Source: Octopus bimaculoides
Lineage: Eukaryota
Direction: 5' to 3'
DNA length: 64,000 bases
Assembly: GCF_001194135.2 (NCBI RefSeq)
Contig: NC_068987.1
Span: 92,865,240-92,929,239, forward strand
The notes under the pieces: generated by a model
Told to the model about the DNA's origin: nothing
Databases searched by the model: none
Seen by the model: only the letters and a program-made list of their open reading frames with translations
Shown here: positions 1-12,900 of the stretch, in pieces
Position numbering within the stretch: position 1 is the first letter of the stretch
Layout: every line of letters starts with the position of its first letter
Program-made: the position numbers and the translations under genes

Positions 1-22
1 AGAGAGAGAGAGGGGGAGTAGC

Positions 23-69
<47 letters not shown>

Positions 70-95
70 GGGGGTGAGTAGCGAGGGAGAGAGAA
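1..95. repeat. (GA)n purine microsatellite with an internal ~50-bp duplication
   Basis: GA runs with 'gtagcgagggagagaga' present twice. Confidence 0.95.
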
Positions 96-1167
96 AGGAA
101 AGCTATAGGTGAAAAGTCCCCAAAGGTATCTCTCTGAGAGATAGAAGGGTAAATGCTTTCAAAATATGTTGTAGAATAAAGGAGGGAAGCAGAAATATAA
201 AGAACGAATATATAAATGAAGAAAAATCTAAATCACATGACTCAACAAAGATACTAAACTAAAGAATGAAACGTTACCAAAAGGTTTGTAGCGAATGTGA
301 AATTTTGGTCTGAATTTTAATTTTAAACTAAATTTCAATTTCAAAGATCGCAAGTGAGGAAATCCTGAAATATTTCTTCGGGCTGAGATTAATTTCAACA
401 AATAATTTAATTTAACTCTTTCTCAGTCAACTAAATGGATTACTAAGCTTGTGTATATTTGTCTTAGTTTTGGCTTTTCGTATTCTTTTTATTCTGGTTT
501 ATTTGCAATTCATTACTGCTGCCATGATACCATGGTTTGGCAAAGGTCAGGGAGCAGATTTTGTTTTAAATATTTATTTCATGTTCCTTTAAATTTTATA
601 TATATANNNNNNNNNNNNNNNNNNNNNNNNNNNNNNNNNNNNNNNNNNNNNNNNNNNNNNNNNNNNNNNNNNNNNNNNNNNNNNNNNNNNNNNNNNNNNN
701 NNNNNNNNNNNNNNNNNNNNNNNNNNNNNNNNNNNNNNNNNNNNNNNNNNNNNNNNNNNNNNNNNNNNNNNNNNNNNNNNNNNNNNNNNNNNNNNNNNNN
801 NNNNNNNNNNNNNNNNNNNNNNNNNNNNNNNNNNNNNNNNNNNNNNNNNNNNNNNNNNNNNNNNNNNNNNNNNNNNNNNNNNNNNNNNNNNNNNNNNNNN
901 NNNNNNNNNNNNNNNNNNNNNNNNNNNNNNNNNNNNNNNNNNNNNNNNNNNNNNNNNNNNNNNNNNNNNNNNNNNNNNNNNNNNNNNNNNNNNNNNNNNN
1001 NNNNNNNNNNNNNNNNNNNNNNNNNNNNNNNNNNNNNNNNNNNNNNNNNNNNNNNNNNNNNNNNNNNNNNNNNNNNNNNNNNNNNNNNNNNNNNNNNNNN
1101 NNNNNNNNNNNNNNNNNNNNNNNNNNNNNNNNNNNNNNNNNNNNNNNNNNNNNNNNNNNNNNNNNAC

Positions 1168-1200
<33 letters not shown>

Positions 1201-2349
1201 TATGCTGTAACCACTCGATGGTGGTGCAGCCGATATATAAAGCACAATACAAATCATTGTCAAATTCAAGTAACCATGGGTAACTTAGCCACAGATAACA
1301 GAAATATCTTCTATTCTTTGTTGGAAAAATAATTAAATATAAGGAGACAAAGTCATTTGTATGGTGCGTATAATATGTAATTATATTCATTATTTATTAC
1401 TAGTTTAAATGAACAATTTTGTTTCATTTTGATGTTTATATTGAAGTTAATGCCGATTTCATCATGGGCATCATCGTCATCATCTTCATGGTTTTTACCA
1501 AGACCAGCAGATCACTCGGAAGCAGCAATCTTGTCATCGCCATCATCATTATCATCATTTAAACAATATCACCAATCTTCTCCTCCACAGTAACATATTT
1601 TATTCTATTCATAAGCCCTTTGCTGCTTCTGTGTATCACTATACTTACTGAGCTAAAGAAATTTAGCTACGAAAGCAAAGAATACTCCATTGTCATTAAA
1701 TCTCATTCTGGAATCAGTCAGATCGGTGATATAACAAAATATGCGCTAATTGTGTTGTTAAATTAATTACTTTCAAAATATCGTAGGGGTTTAACCATGA
1801 ATCATTGTTTCTTGTACCTCTACTATACGGCAATTTCTGCTAGAAATGTGAGCTGGATTTCCTCGAATCCCGCACAAGCTTTTTACAAAAATAAAGGTGT
1901 TTTTGCAAAATCCTTATCAAGGACGGTAATGTTTGGGTATGTATATATATAATTATTTTCTCTCAGGGTGAATGTAGGTCTAAGAATGAACAAAAACGAA
2001 AACAAAAGCATATTAATTATATGTTTTTAAGACTGTCGGGTTTATGTATGAACATAAATGAAGAAATGAATGCAGGTTGTTCTATTTGTGCAACTTTAAG
2101 TTCCAGAGTATTCGCTCATTTAGAAACAATCCTTTCATTCTGTTACTTTAGCTCTATTTTCTATTTTTCTCATTTCACTTGTTTCAAATCCCATAGATGC
2201 TATTCACCCTCGGACACTTTCATAACATGTTCAGATAACCAGACAAGCCCATGGATAAAATTCAGGTCTGCTACTCCAACTACCGTGTCTTTCTAAATCT
2301 TCTTTAAAGTGAATATAGTAAACGTAATAAGGATTGGCATCGATAAATA

Positions 2350-2551
2350 TTAGTTTCAATTTTGGCAAATGGCCAGCAATTTAATGGGAGGGTTTAAGTC
2401 GATTATATCGTGCCCAAGAGCTCAACTGGTACTTGCTTTATCGCCCCTTAAAGGATGAAAGCCAAAGTGGGCCTCGGCGGAATTTCAGCTCAAAACATAA
2501 AGACGGACGAAATGCCGCTAAGCATATTGCCCAGCCTGCTAACGGCTCTGC
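2350..2551 (-). mobile_element. tRNA-derived SINE (same family as 60763-60985)
   Basis: Reverse complement reads GCAGAGCCGTTAGCAGGCTGGGCAATATGCTTAGCGGCATTTCGTCCGTCTTTATGTTTTGAGCTGAAATTCCGCCGAGG..., collinear with the plus-strand copies at 9795 and 60763. Confidence 0.85.
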
Positions 2552-3139
2552 ATTAATAAATATTGGCAAGCAGAATCGTTACATTACTGTGCTACTGAAA
2601 TAGATCACTGACGTCAGAATCCCACCGAAAACCTTTCAATTTCATCCTTTGGGAATCGTTTCCCCAGACCCAGTAGCATACTTGTCAACCTATTAATCAA
2701 ATCTTCACCTAATACAAATATTTTGATTTATGCACACACTTTCTAGCATCGAGCAACCGATTTCTCTATGGGAAAAATTAATAAATGGTACATTTGCATA
2801 ATATTGAAACAATAACGCTTTAGATATTATATATATGTAAAATTCAAAGGATATTTGTATGAAATAATTACCGATTAATATTGAAAAGTGAATAACTTAT
2901 TTGATACAAATAAAGCAATTATGGAAGATTCCGCTTTTGCGAAGTGCGAGAATATTACTATTTAAGACTCTTCATAGAAAAACAAAATGACTAAATGGTC
3001 GCATTTAGGGACAAGAATAATGAAAGCATTTTATGATTTCGGTCATGGTAGTTATAGTTTCTGTTGTGTCGACGCCCCCAAGCGAAGAAGTAGTAGCGCC
3101 CAAGACATATAAATGGAAGTAGTCTAACCGTGGTAGAAG

Positions 3140-3206
3140 GTGTTGAGTAGCTGTTGAGTAGCAGTCATGTAGCTGTTGAGTAGCAGTCATGTAGCTGTTG
3201 AGTAGA
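3140..3206. repeat. 22-bp tandem repeat (TAGCTGTTGAGTAGCAGTCATG), about 2.5 copies
   Basis: Directly visible unit repetition. Confidence 0.9.
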
Positions 3207-3299
3207 GATTATCCGAAGGTGCTAGATAGCAGTAGCTTGAGACATAACAGTTTCTCTTGCTTTCTCCGGGTCATCAGTCGGATAACGATCTCCTGCTAT

Positions 3300-4780
3300 G
3301 ACGGTTGCAAGTAATGGCCTTATGATGAGGTCAGCCCGTATTTGCTAAGTGGTCCACAAATTTTATGAAACTTGTCATGGAATGATTATTTCCTTACCAA
3401 AGTCGACTCCCTTGCATTCACTTGACATAGGATTTCATCGAATATTTTGAAGGCATTTGCAGAAAATTACTGCCAATCTTCCGATGTAACAGGAAGACGA
3501 TGTATTCTAATACAACTTAACTTTTTCCATGACTCTAATCAGGTCATAATCTCACTAATATATTTGAAAATGTTCTAAAGTAACTCCTGAGAAAGATATT
3601 TCAATTTTGCTAGGTTCTTTTGGTCATTTCCTAGAGATTGCATGCTTTGCCAAAAACATGAAAATGCATGGTTAGAGATTGTGCTTGGTACGTCGGTTGA
3701 TTGAGGAATCGGATCCTCTTCAGACGTTGGAGATCAGCTGCAGCATTGCTGAATCGCTACTTCGCATAAATTTGTGAGTTTCTTTCGTTAGTGATGGCGT
3801 CAACGTACGAAAATTGACAGTTGACATTCAGGGGTTCGCCCACGAATGCGAATTTCTGTTAACGTACATCACCAATAATAAACGAGTTTGTGTTTCTTTG
3901 CCGAACAGGAAACAAATGTTTGAACTAGTGTTGTCGAAACTTAGAGTCAAGACATACATTGCTATAAATATTTTATTTAAAGACTCCAAATCTGTTGACA
4001 AATTCAAACCTTTCAGCCTTTCATGATGACATTGATGCCGCATAAGGAATCATTTAGGATGAAATTCACCTCTAGTAGGAACACACATGGGGTCGGTACA
4101 TATCACTAAGAAGTCTCTGTAACGATGTCAAACTTGCCTATTATCCCACCACTCTGTCTGATACAGTGACACGTCAGCAGTAAAACAATTGTATACAGTT
4201 TGCATAGATGGTGACCAATCCATAAAGTACATCGATTTTTCAAAAGATGAACCCGAAACATATTTTCAATTATCTTCATGGTGACAATGAAATTGAGCAC
4301 TATTTCCAATTCTGGTGACAACCAGTATTTCTTTTCCGTTGTTCGTTATACTCCTTTAGCGCTCAGATTACTTCTTGACGCCAGACCTCAATGACACCCG
4401 ATTTATTCCATGCTTTGAAAATATTCTTCGTCTCTTCTGCAGTGACATCTTCGACTTGAAACACTCCTTCATTTATCTCATCTGGACCGGCTGATTTATT
4501 TTTGTTGATAACGAATGGCATTGGTGACTTCTTAACTTGAGTTGTCCTCCTCTCACACCTGCAAATAATTCAATCTCTCTCTCGTGTGAAGTTGAAGGAG
4601 TTGATATCATTCCGTCGACTCAGCCTTAAATGAAAATCGAGTTCTCTCCGCTTTACTCAATATTTCCTCCAACAATCCTCATTTATATTTGATTCAGATT
4701 AGACAATTCTTGCCCCAATCAGTTCGTTCACAATTCTTCAAGTAATAACTTATTCAAAAAGACTCGAATGTGTCTGACGA
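3300..4780 (-). pseudogene. Degraded reverse transcriptase of an ancient non-LTR retrotransposon (clade unresolved)
   Basis: Minus-strand translation gives, in order and across stops/frameshifts: EVTNAI..NKSAGPDEI (KSxGPDGI, RT domain 0), IFKAWNKSGVIEVWR, MKIIENMFRVHLLKN, GKFDIV (KAFDxV-like), FGKETQTRLLLVMYVN (QGSxLGPLLFxxYxN-like), FSYVDAIT (YxDD-like), AKLKYL. Confidence 0.6.
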
Positions 4781-5289
4781 TGAAAATATCTCTTTCTCCC
4801 TCTGTCCCTCTCTATCTTTCTACCTTCTCCCCGCCTCTCTCATGGATGCCGACAGAGAATTTTGAAGTAGACGAGAGAATCTGAAACCGAATGAACCCCT
4901 TCAAGTTGATGTTATGTGCAATCAGTCAACTTGGAACTCTCGTAAGGCGTGGTCATGTCACATTTTTCACTAATAATGCTACAAGTCACAACTCATTACT
5001 TACCCCATGATAAACTAATGAATTTCTGGTAATAATTAAAATTTCGTATGATATCGAAATAAAGGATACATTTCTTCCTTAACATTTGTCAAAACATACC
5101 TTTGAAGGAAACAGTCAACAGGTTTTCCATTTTGTTCCATTATCAAGTACAACAGCCTATGATTAATCAATTTACTGCTTTCATATTAAAATATTATCAT
5201 TCAATTTTACAAAATGAATAAAGATGGTGAGCTGACAAAATCGTTCGCATACCAGGCAAAATACTTAGCGGGATTTCGTCCACGTATAC

Positions 5290-5396
5290 CAGTGGTCCCC
5301 AAAGTGGGCGGTATAACTCCCCCGGAGAAAGAGAGGTTTATGTGTATGATGGTTAGCTGGGGTGGATCCGCTAGGAATGTGGCCTGGGAACCTCTG
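5290..5396. mobile_element. Short hAT-type (Charlie/MER5-like) MITE
   Basis: Termini CAGTGGTCCCCA...TGGGAACCTCTG form imperfect TIRs (10/12). The 8-bp flanks ACGTATAC and GGTTATAG share the central TATA, consistent with a degenerate hAT TSD. Confidence 0.5.
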
Positions 5397-5404
5397 GGTT
5401 ATAG

Positions 5405-5510
5405 TTCTGAGTTGAAATTCCGTCGATGCCAACTTTGCTTTTCATCGTGGTCGCAAGAGCAAGTACCATTTGAACACTGGCACCGATGTTAATCGACTCA
5501 TCTCCTTCCC
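5405..5510 (+). mobile_element. 5'-truncated SINE fragment (60763 family)
   Basis: TTCTGAGTTGAAATTCCGTCGATGCCAACTTTGCTTTTCATC...AAGTACCATTTGAACACTGG...GATGTTAATCGACT aligns with the body of the 60763 copy. Confidence 0.75.
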
Positions 5511-7787
5511 TGCTATCGCTGACCTTCTGCCAAAATTTGAAACGGATATTATCAGCTGTGTGAAATTCTTTGTCAAGGCTTCACAATCGGAAATGTCAAA
5601 GAGAACTGAAAGACTTCAGAGGTGGTAAGTCAAACGAATAACTTGGGGATATATATCATTAAAAATGTCTTCGATGAGATGGATCGTAAGTAAAATATAA
5701 AAACACAAAGCATAAAATATAAAAACACACAAGTAAAACAAAAGTTGTTCTTTGTTTCTTTTTAGTTTTATGTAATAGCTAAGTGACATTGACCAAATAT
5801 CTAATCGATAAAATATATTGAGAAATTGTTAAGATTACACTTAGAAACGCCTACAATTATTCTTTAAACAATCAGGGTTATTCATTTAAGCGGAATCGGC
5901 TGTATTATCTCGAATATATTCCCGATAGTAATGAGAAACAATTCAAACTATAAAAGTGTTCTATCTACAGTATATTCTCGTAGTTCTAAAAGCTAATTAT
6001 GTTTACTGTCACAATATGAAAACGGCACTGTGAATCAGCGGTGACAAACATGTCAAACAAACTGATGACGAGAATCTAAACAATATTGATGAAGCCATAA
6101 GATCAAGGAGATAGACAAGTTTCACATAGCAAATCCGAGAAAACACACAACTGACAAGTCATTTAGTGATATTTTGATTCCTTTTCATTAGATATGTTCT
6201 ACGGATGTCAGCATCAATATTCACCAGCCGCTTAAATGTTGTTGTTATTTTTATCACATAATATCTTTTAAAAATCCTCATATCGCAATTCAAAATATAT
6301 GGATCATTTGTGACGTTGGTGAATGCCGATGTTTGAAGGAAAATATAAAACATATGACACCAGCTCCGCTCTGATATAACAGATTTGATATATTTGAATG
6401 GAAGAAAAAAAATTGAAATAATATCGTCGCATGATTCGAGAATATTGCTGTCGTATTGCATATCTTATGCAATTATAAATCGCAAGCATCTAAAGAGTGC
6501 AGCCAACAGCGCTGCCGTGAAATTGTATTTGAATATCGCCACATGCAAACTAATCATTTCTCATCTAGTCTAATGATTTTTATATTATATTGAATATTGC
6601 TATATTCTTAACGAGAATGTTATCGACTCTGTTATGATATATGCCGTAATCAAACTGTGCAGTATTTGAATTCCGAAAGGAGAAAGTCGGAAGTAAGGTG
6701 TGCGATGCATTTCTGAGCTAATCAAGCATTATATCTTGCAATAAACCAAATCAGAAAGTAGATACAGAAGGTAGTTTGTAATTTACATTCAGTTCTATTA
6801 AATGTTTTTATAGATGCNNNNNNNNNNNNNNNNNNNNNNNNNNNNNNNNNNNNNNNNNNNNNNNNNNNNNNNNNNNNNNNNNNNNNNNNNNNNNNNNNNN
6901 NNNNNNNNNNNNNNNNNNNNNNNNNNNNNNNNNNNNNNNNNNNNNNNNNNNNNNNNNNNNNNNNNNNNNNNNNNNNNNNNNNNNNNNNNNNNNNNNNNNN
7001 NNNNNNNNNNNNNNNNNNNNNNNNNNNNNNNNNNNNNNNNNNNNNNNNNNNNNNNNNNNNNNNNNNNNNNNNNNNNNNNNNNNNNNNNNNNNNNNNNNNN
7101 NNNNNNNNNNNNNNNNNNNNNNNNNNNNNNNNNNNNNNNNNNNNNNNNNNNNNNNNNNNNNNNNNNNNNNNNNNNNNNNNNNNNNNNNNNNNNNNNNNNN
7201 NNNNNNNNNNNNNNNNNNNNNNNNNNNNNNNNNNNNNNNNNNNNNNNNNNNNNNNNNNNNNNNNNNNNNNNNNNNNNNNNNNNNNNNNNNNNNNNNNNNN
7301 NNNNNNNNNNNNNNNNNNNNNNNNNNNNNNNNNNNNNNNNNNNNNNNNNNNNNNNNNNNNNNNNNNNNNNNNNNNNNNNNNNNNNNNNNNNNNNNNNNNN
7401 NNNNNNNNNNNNNNNNNATGCCGGTGTAAAGGGAAGAGAGAGAATGGTAGAGGGAGAAACAGAGGGAGGAAGTAGAAGAATAGGTGAGCAACGAGAGGAA
7501 AAGAGAAAGAGAGGAAATACGAGGGGGGAAAAAGAGATACGTAGTAGTAACAGAGGAAGAACGAGAGGGGTAACGCAAGATACGTAGTAGTACAGAGGAA
7601 GAACGAGGGGGGGGAAGGAAAGAGAAAGAGATAGAGTAGCGTCGGAGGATATGAGTTACGAAATGTCTGGATGTGTATATATATGGGCATTTTCATAGCA
7701 TTGTTTGATTGCCTTGATAACTGACGAGATGCCAGAGCAGTTTAATACGGCAACCGAATAATTGTCACATATTGTATTACAGATATA

Positions 7788-7789
<2 letters not shown>

Positions 7790-7849
<60 letters not shown>
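7790..7849. repeat. (CA)n microsatellite running into a gap
   Basis: Direct observation. Confidence 0.95.
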
Positions 7850-8578
7850 NNNNNNNNNNNNNNNNNNNNNNNNNNNNNNNNNNNNNNNNNNNNNNNNNNN
7901 NNNNNNNNNNNNNNNNNNNNNNNNNNNNNNNNNNNNNNNNNNNNNNNNNNNNNNNNNNNNNNNNNNNNNNNNNNNNNNNNNNNNNNNNNNNNNNNNNNNN
8001 NNNNNNNNNNNNNNNNNNNNNNNNNNNNNNNNNNNNNNNNNNNNNNNNNNNNNNNNNNNNNNNNNNNNNNNNNNNNNNNNNNNNNNNNNNNNNNNNNNNN
8101 NNNNNNNNNNNNNNNNNNNNNNNNNNNNNNNNNNNNNNNNNNNNNNNNNNNNNNNNNNNNNNNNNNNNNNNNNNNNNNNNNNNNNNNNNNNNNNNNNNNN
8201 NNNNNNNNNNNNNNNNNNNNNNNNNNNNNNNNNNNNNNNNNNNNNNNNNNNNNNNNNNNNNNNNNNNNNNNNNNNNNNNNNNNNNNNNNNNNNNNNNNNN
8301 NNNNNNNNNNNNNNNNNNNNNNNNNNNNNNNNATAATAATAATATTAGGGACAAAATCCAAAATTACAGGTAAAAACTCAATTAAAATCAATTTATAAAA
8401 AATTAAAATTAAATTAAGCCTTATTATATTTATTATTATTATTATTATACTATATTTATCTTATGATATTTACTTTACTTTATATTATACTCATTTATTG
8501 TTCTTTTAATTATTAATTTTTCTATATGTGTATTTTCATCGATGAGTTCTTGAAAATTGGTTATTTTCCCTAAAACTA

Positions 8579-8609
<31 letters not shown>

Positions 8610-8699
8610 ATTAAGCTCTGCTATCACATTTTAATTGAATACCTAAGCCGGTGCAACTATTTAGATTTCCACTTCGTTTATCCACAGCCTTTTTGTCAT

Positions 8700-9060
8700 T
8701 TAATAATATTGGACCAATAATTCCTACGTTATTGCCATTAATAGAATACAATAGAAAGCACGCCCGGTTTCTTCCATATTATCTGGCATTATGTCTGAAA
8801 TGAAACTATTGTACTCCTACATTGCATTTTTGTAACAGCGAAAATATCTTGTGCTATGCTTAACGGAAGCTAACCAAATATCATTCCAGTCTATTAATAC
8901 AATGGGTTACGTTATAACAATTATGTCACTGGTATAGATGACAGTTTTCTAATTAATATGGGATTTTAATACAGATGAGATTTGAAGAGGTCCTATATTA
9001 CATATTTTAATGCACATGGATTCCTCTCCCGGTAGTCGTGCATTGAATAGTACATCATCA
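8700..9060 (-). pseudogene. Degraded APE endonuclease domain of a non-LTR retrotransposon
   Basis: One minus frame with stops reads IGPLQISSVLKSHIN*KTVIYTSDIIVIT*PIVLIDWNDIW...YNSFISDIMPDNMEETGRAFYCILLMAIT*ELLVQ. This fits the APE DIxxI(Q/T)EP and GRxxxGxxxxI motifs. Confidence 0.5.
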
Positions 9061-9794
9061 TATCAACATATTTGTCATTGATCTTCAAGTGAAGAACTGG
9101 GAGGGGGTGACGAGCGTTTATAACCCCAAAAATGAACCGAGAGAAAGCTGTCCATAGAAGGCCAGATAGGAGAGAAAAGCGCTCATATAACCCCTGTCAT
9201 ATATCTCCACCTAACATTCCTGCCTCGTTTGAGTTCACAACTCACTGAACTAGATTGCCTACTCTTGTACTTTCTCTGGAAGGGACATGTTCATCCAACT
9301 GGGAATGCTAGTTTATCCGTTTGGTTGTATTAGCAAAACACGTTGTGTGGTGGACCAGCCTAAAGGAGGACGTTTTTTGGCAAAGTCCCGTCAATATTTT
9401 CATGTTTTGCTTGAAAAAGGAAATGAGTGCGGATGAAAAAGGTGATAGTTGTCAGAGTGGACGTGTCTTCTCTTAGTTTGCTGGAAGAGGAGAAAGAGGA
9501 GGAGGCGGGGGGGGGAGGAGGAGGAGGATTTTGCTCTAACTGCCTGCGCGACTATTTTCCTTTGGGGGTTTCCATGCGCTGCTTTTGGATTCTACACATC
9601 TTTTGGGGGAGTCATTTGGCTCATTTATTTTATTTTAGTTAAGTCTTTATACACTTTCATTGTATTGCACTGAACCTAGATGTACCATCATGGCTTCTTT
9701 CGCAAAAACTTCGTTGTTAATGAAATCTTTATTGTTACTAGTTTTAGTTTTAGCATTATTACTATTACTATGACTAATATTACAATTATTAGAT

Positions 9795-9985
9795 CAGCAG
9801 CAATCTGTTACAATCGTGAGCTCGCCGGGTAAAATGCTTAGGAGTATTTCGTCCATCTTTACGTTCTGAGTTCAAACACCGCCAGGATCGACTTACATCC
9901 TTTCGGGGTAAATGCCAACTGAGCGGTGGGGGGTCGATGTTATCAGCTTGCCCCCTCCACACATATAACTGACTGCGTGTCAAAA
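9795..9985 (+). mobile_element. tRNA-derived SINE (60763 family), diverged
   Basis: GCCGGGTAAAATGCTTAGGAGTATTTCGTCCATCTTTACGTTCTGAGTTCAAACACCGCC... with a B-box-like GAGTTCAAAC. Confidence 0.8.
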
Positions 9986-12900
9986 TTTGAAACCAATATT
10001 ACCATTATTATACTTACTATTACAGTTGTTACTTGTACTTCTAGTGCCACCATAATCCTCATCGCTTTCGTAATCATCCGCACCACAGCTAGTCAAAACT
10101 TCCATGAGAACCATCTTCAAAGAGCTGTGTTATATAACTGTGTAGAAATACTGTGGCGTGCGTCGCTGGCTCATATGTACTAACGTCAGGTTACTCTGTC
10201 CGATGCACTGTCACATCTGGCGAGGTAAAGCATATCAGGTGGTAGTATTTACACTAAAAACTAGGGCAGGAACGGCGGCAACGGTCAACAGCAAATGTAG
10301 AAGCGTCACAAAAAGTCTAACGAATAGGTGTCCGTGACTGAAGGTCGGGCACACTATACTACTTCATGAATCGCAGCGAGCAGTCATGGGTGACTGCTCT
10401 ATTTACCGTTCGTTTTCTAAATGCAAGTGATTGTTTTTCAGGTGAGAAAACTGAAGCTATGGAAAAAGTTCGAAGTCGCTGACCAGATTTGCTGGAGTTC
10501 TTTGTTTGCCTCATGTGTCGTTCATTGCGAGGGCGCATAAGTCTACCTAATGAAGATGAAGATTACCTGCTTAAGGACAATGAGAACATTATTGATTTGA
10601 AGAACACATTCCAGATCATATTTATCATGATGTTAACGATTAAAATTTTGCATAAAATTCATATTGTCTAATTGACACATAAGCTGTGCTATAATTGGTA
10701 GCACGTCTTAAATTAGAAAGTCCTCTTCTGCAATTAAGGGATAACAAATATCATCTAATTTTAAAACAACCTCTTAAACATTCGGAATGCAATGAAGCCC
10801 CGCTCAAAATGCTTCAATCCTCAATATTTCTGTTCCATTATTTTTTGTATTGCTTCTATTAATCTTTTAGTTTTAAAATTAATTGTATGGGTTCTTGTTA
10901 TATTTGAAAAAAAAATTAGTTTAATCTTTCTCCGATCTACCTCATTATTAGAGAGGATAATGCATCATACACCATGTTCAGAACTCAAAACACCTACCAA
11001 CGCCTCTAATGCTAAATCTGCCCCACACAGACACACACCCAGAATTAATTGGTATTTGATTCTAGTGCGCATTTTATGATCTCTTTTCAATTTTGAAAGA
11101 CAATCAAAACTGAAATAACCTTTACAACAAATTTACTTCGGAGTTCTTCGTGTAATTCTGTTGATGGAGCATGGCTATAGATATTATCCATGAACTATTC
11201 TTTCTGCTTCCCCTGAATATGTCAGTGAATTAGATTTTAATGAGGCACTAAGGACATGATAATAAACTGATTTCTATTGATAATACAGTCTTATCAGAAA
11301 ACAATTTTCATTGACAGAATAGACTTCCACATATATGCTCCCCACAGTATTCTTGAAAATAAACAGATTAATACATTTTCTGTAATTTTGATATTACCAA
11401 TCTTTTTGCATATTTTCCTGCCGCAAGGAAGTAAACCGTTTCATTATTAGGTTGTAGTATGCAGTAGAATAATAAAAACAAAGAAATGAAATAAGTGAAG
11501 ATGTTTTCATAAACTCCACAGTAAGCTAACTCGTTTGGTTACTTTATCTCAACCATACACACATATTTTACTCAATTTTGACAAAAATGAATGATTATTC
11601 ACTTATTGAAATAATACTACAAAAGTCAAAATATATAGCTCTTTCGCGTTACCATTTGCGTGCTAAATTTCATATAGCATACTTAAATTATGAAAAACAA
11701 AATCGCCATAAAAAAACCCAGTGTAATATTAAATTGGTTATTTCCATTAAGCACACCTAATATAAATTCAACCACATTTGTCTTTTATCTTTCATTCACT
11801 CGCTCGTTTCATAACTAATACTACCGTTGTTTATCGACAAATATTCAAATGTGGATATATCTTCATTACCCATTATAATATTTCTGTAGTATTCCCAGCC
11901 TCTCGAACAACACTTTTCTATTGAGGCGGGTTTATGAATTATTACCTACACAGCAGCTCGCAACATATACACAATTAGTAAAAGTATTGATCCTGACTAA
12001 TTTTTTCCAACTGGAATTTAGAAAATTAGCAATTTCTCAGAAGCATTTTAATCCCAAACTTTTCAGTATTTGACAAAAAATAATACAAGATCAAATTTCA
12101 GTCTCATTTAAATTTTTGAGTTCTTAACTTGTTAAATGCTTGAACAAATATTCAGAGTGTAATCTAGTTTCAAATTTAAACTTAATGTTGCGAGTTTCCA
12201 TCAAAATAATACATACTGCTAAACAATATACAACCTAGCTGACTCCATTAATTGAATTATAAGTTACTGAGGCCAATGCAAAATTTATTGTAATTATTTG
12301 GTATATTCTTGGCTATAATTAGTTTGCTGTTCCAAAACATGTATGTTTGATGCATCACTTATAACTAATAAATGATCTGCTATTTCGATACAAAGTTTGC
12401 ACCAGAATTGATGTTAGTATATGGCAAACTCTAGATAATAAACAATCATTTCATACCTTATTCGTTAATTATAGGTTGCACCAATAATTTGCTAAACTAT
12501 AATTTGCACTACATTAGCGTCTATTGATTTTAAACTAAAATATGAAAATATAATTATTTTTACTGTATGTTTATTCACTCATATTGCAGATAAGTAGCTT
12601 AAAAAAAATATACGATTTCATTGCTGAACACCAGTTTGATGTCCTTGAAAAAAGTTAGGGAAAATAATTTTCCTTTATATTATAACATATCTTCATCCCA
12701 AACTGAAATATTCTTTTCCTTCCAAAAACGTCCTAATCTTTGATAAGGTATCTTACTCAGTAGATTTAAGCATTTTATTACATTACTCATCATCTGACGT
12801 GACTAATTCTCCATCACCATTTGGAATCACTGGTTGTTTGCATGGATGAGATAGATCAATTAGCAGTAACAGCAACAAGGACTCGTAAACCCAAGAATGA

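Noticed and set aside
1649-1666. 18-nt minus-strand microexon with strong splice sites
   Set aside because: It is open only in phase 0, has no supporting neighbours, and is within chance expectation.
3240-3285. Minus-strand CTGATGA...GAAAC...GTC resembling a hammerhead
   Set aside because: Neither stem I nor stem II can be paired convincingly.
10440-10620. hAT transposase-like peptides (VRKLKLWKKF; EDYLLKDNENIIDLKNTF)
   Set aside because: The similarity is too short and loose to support a feature.
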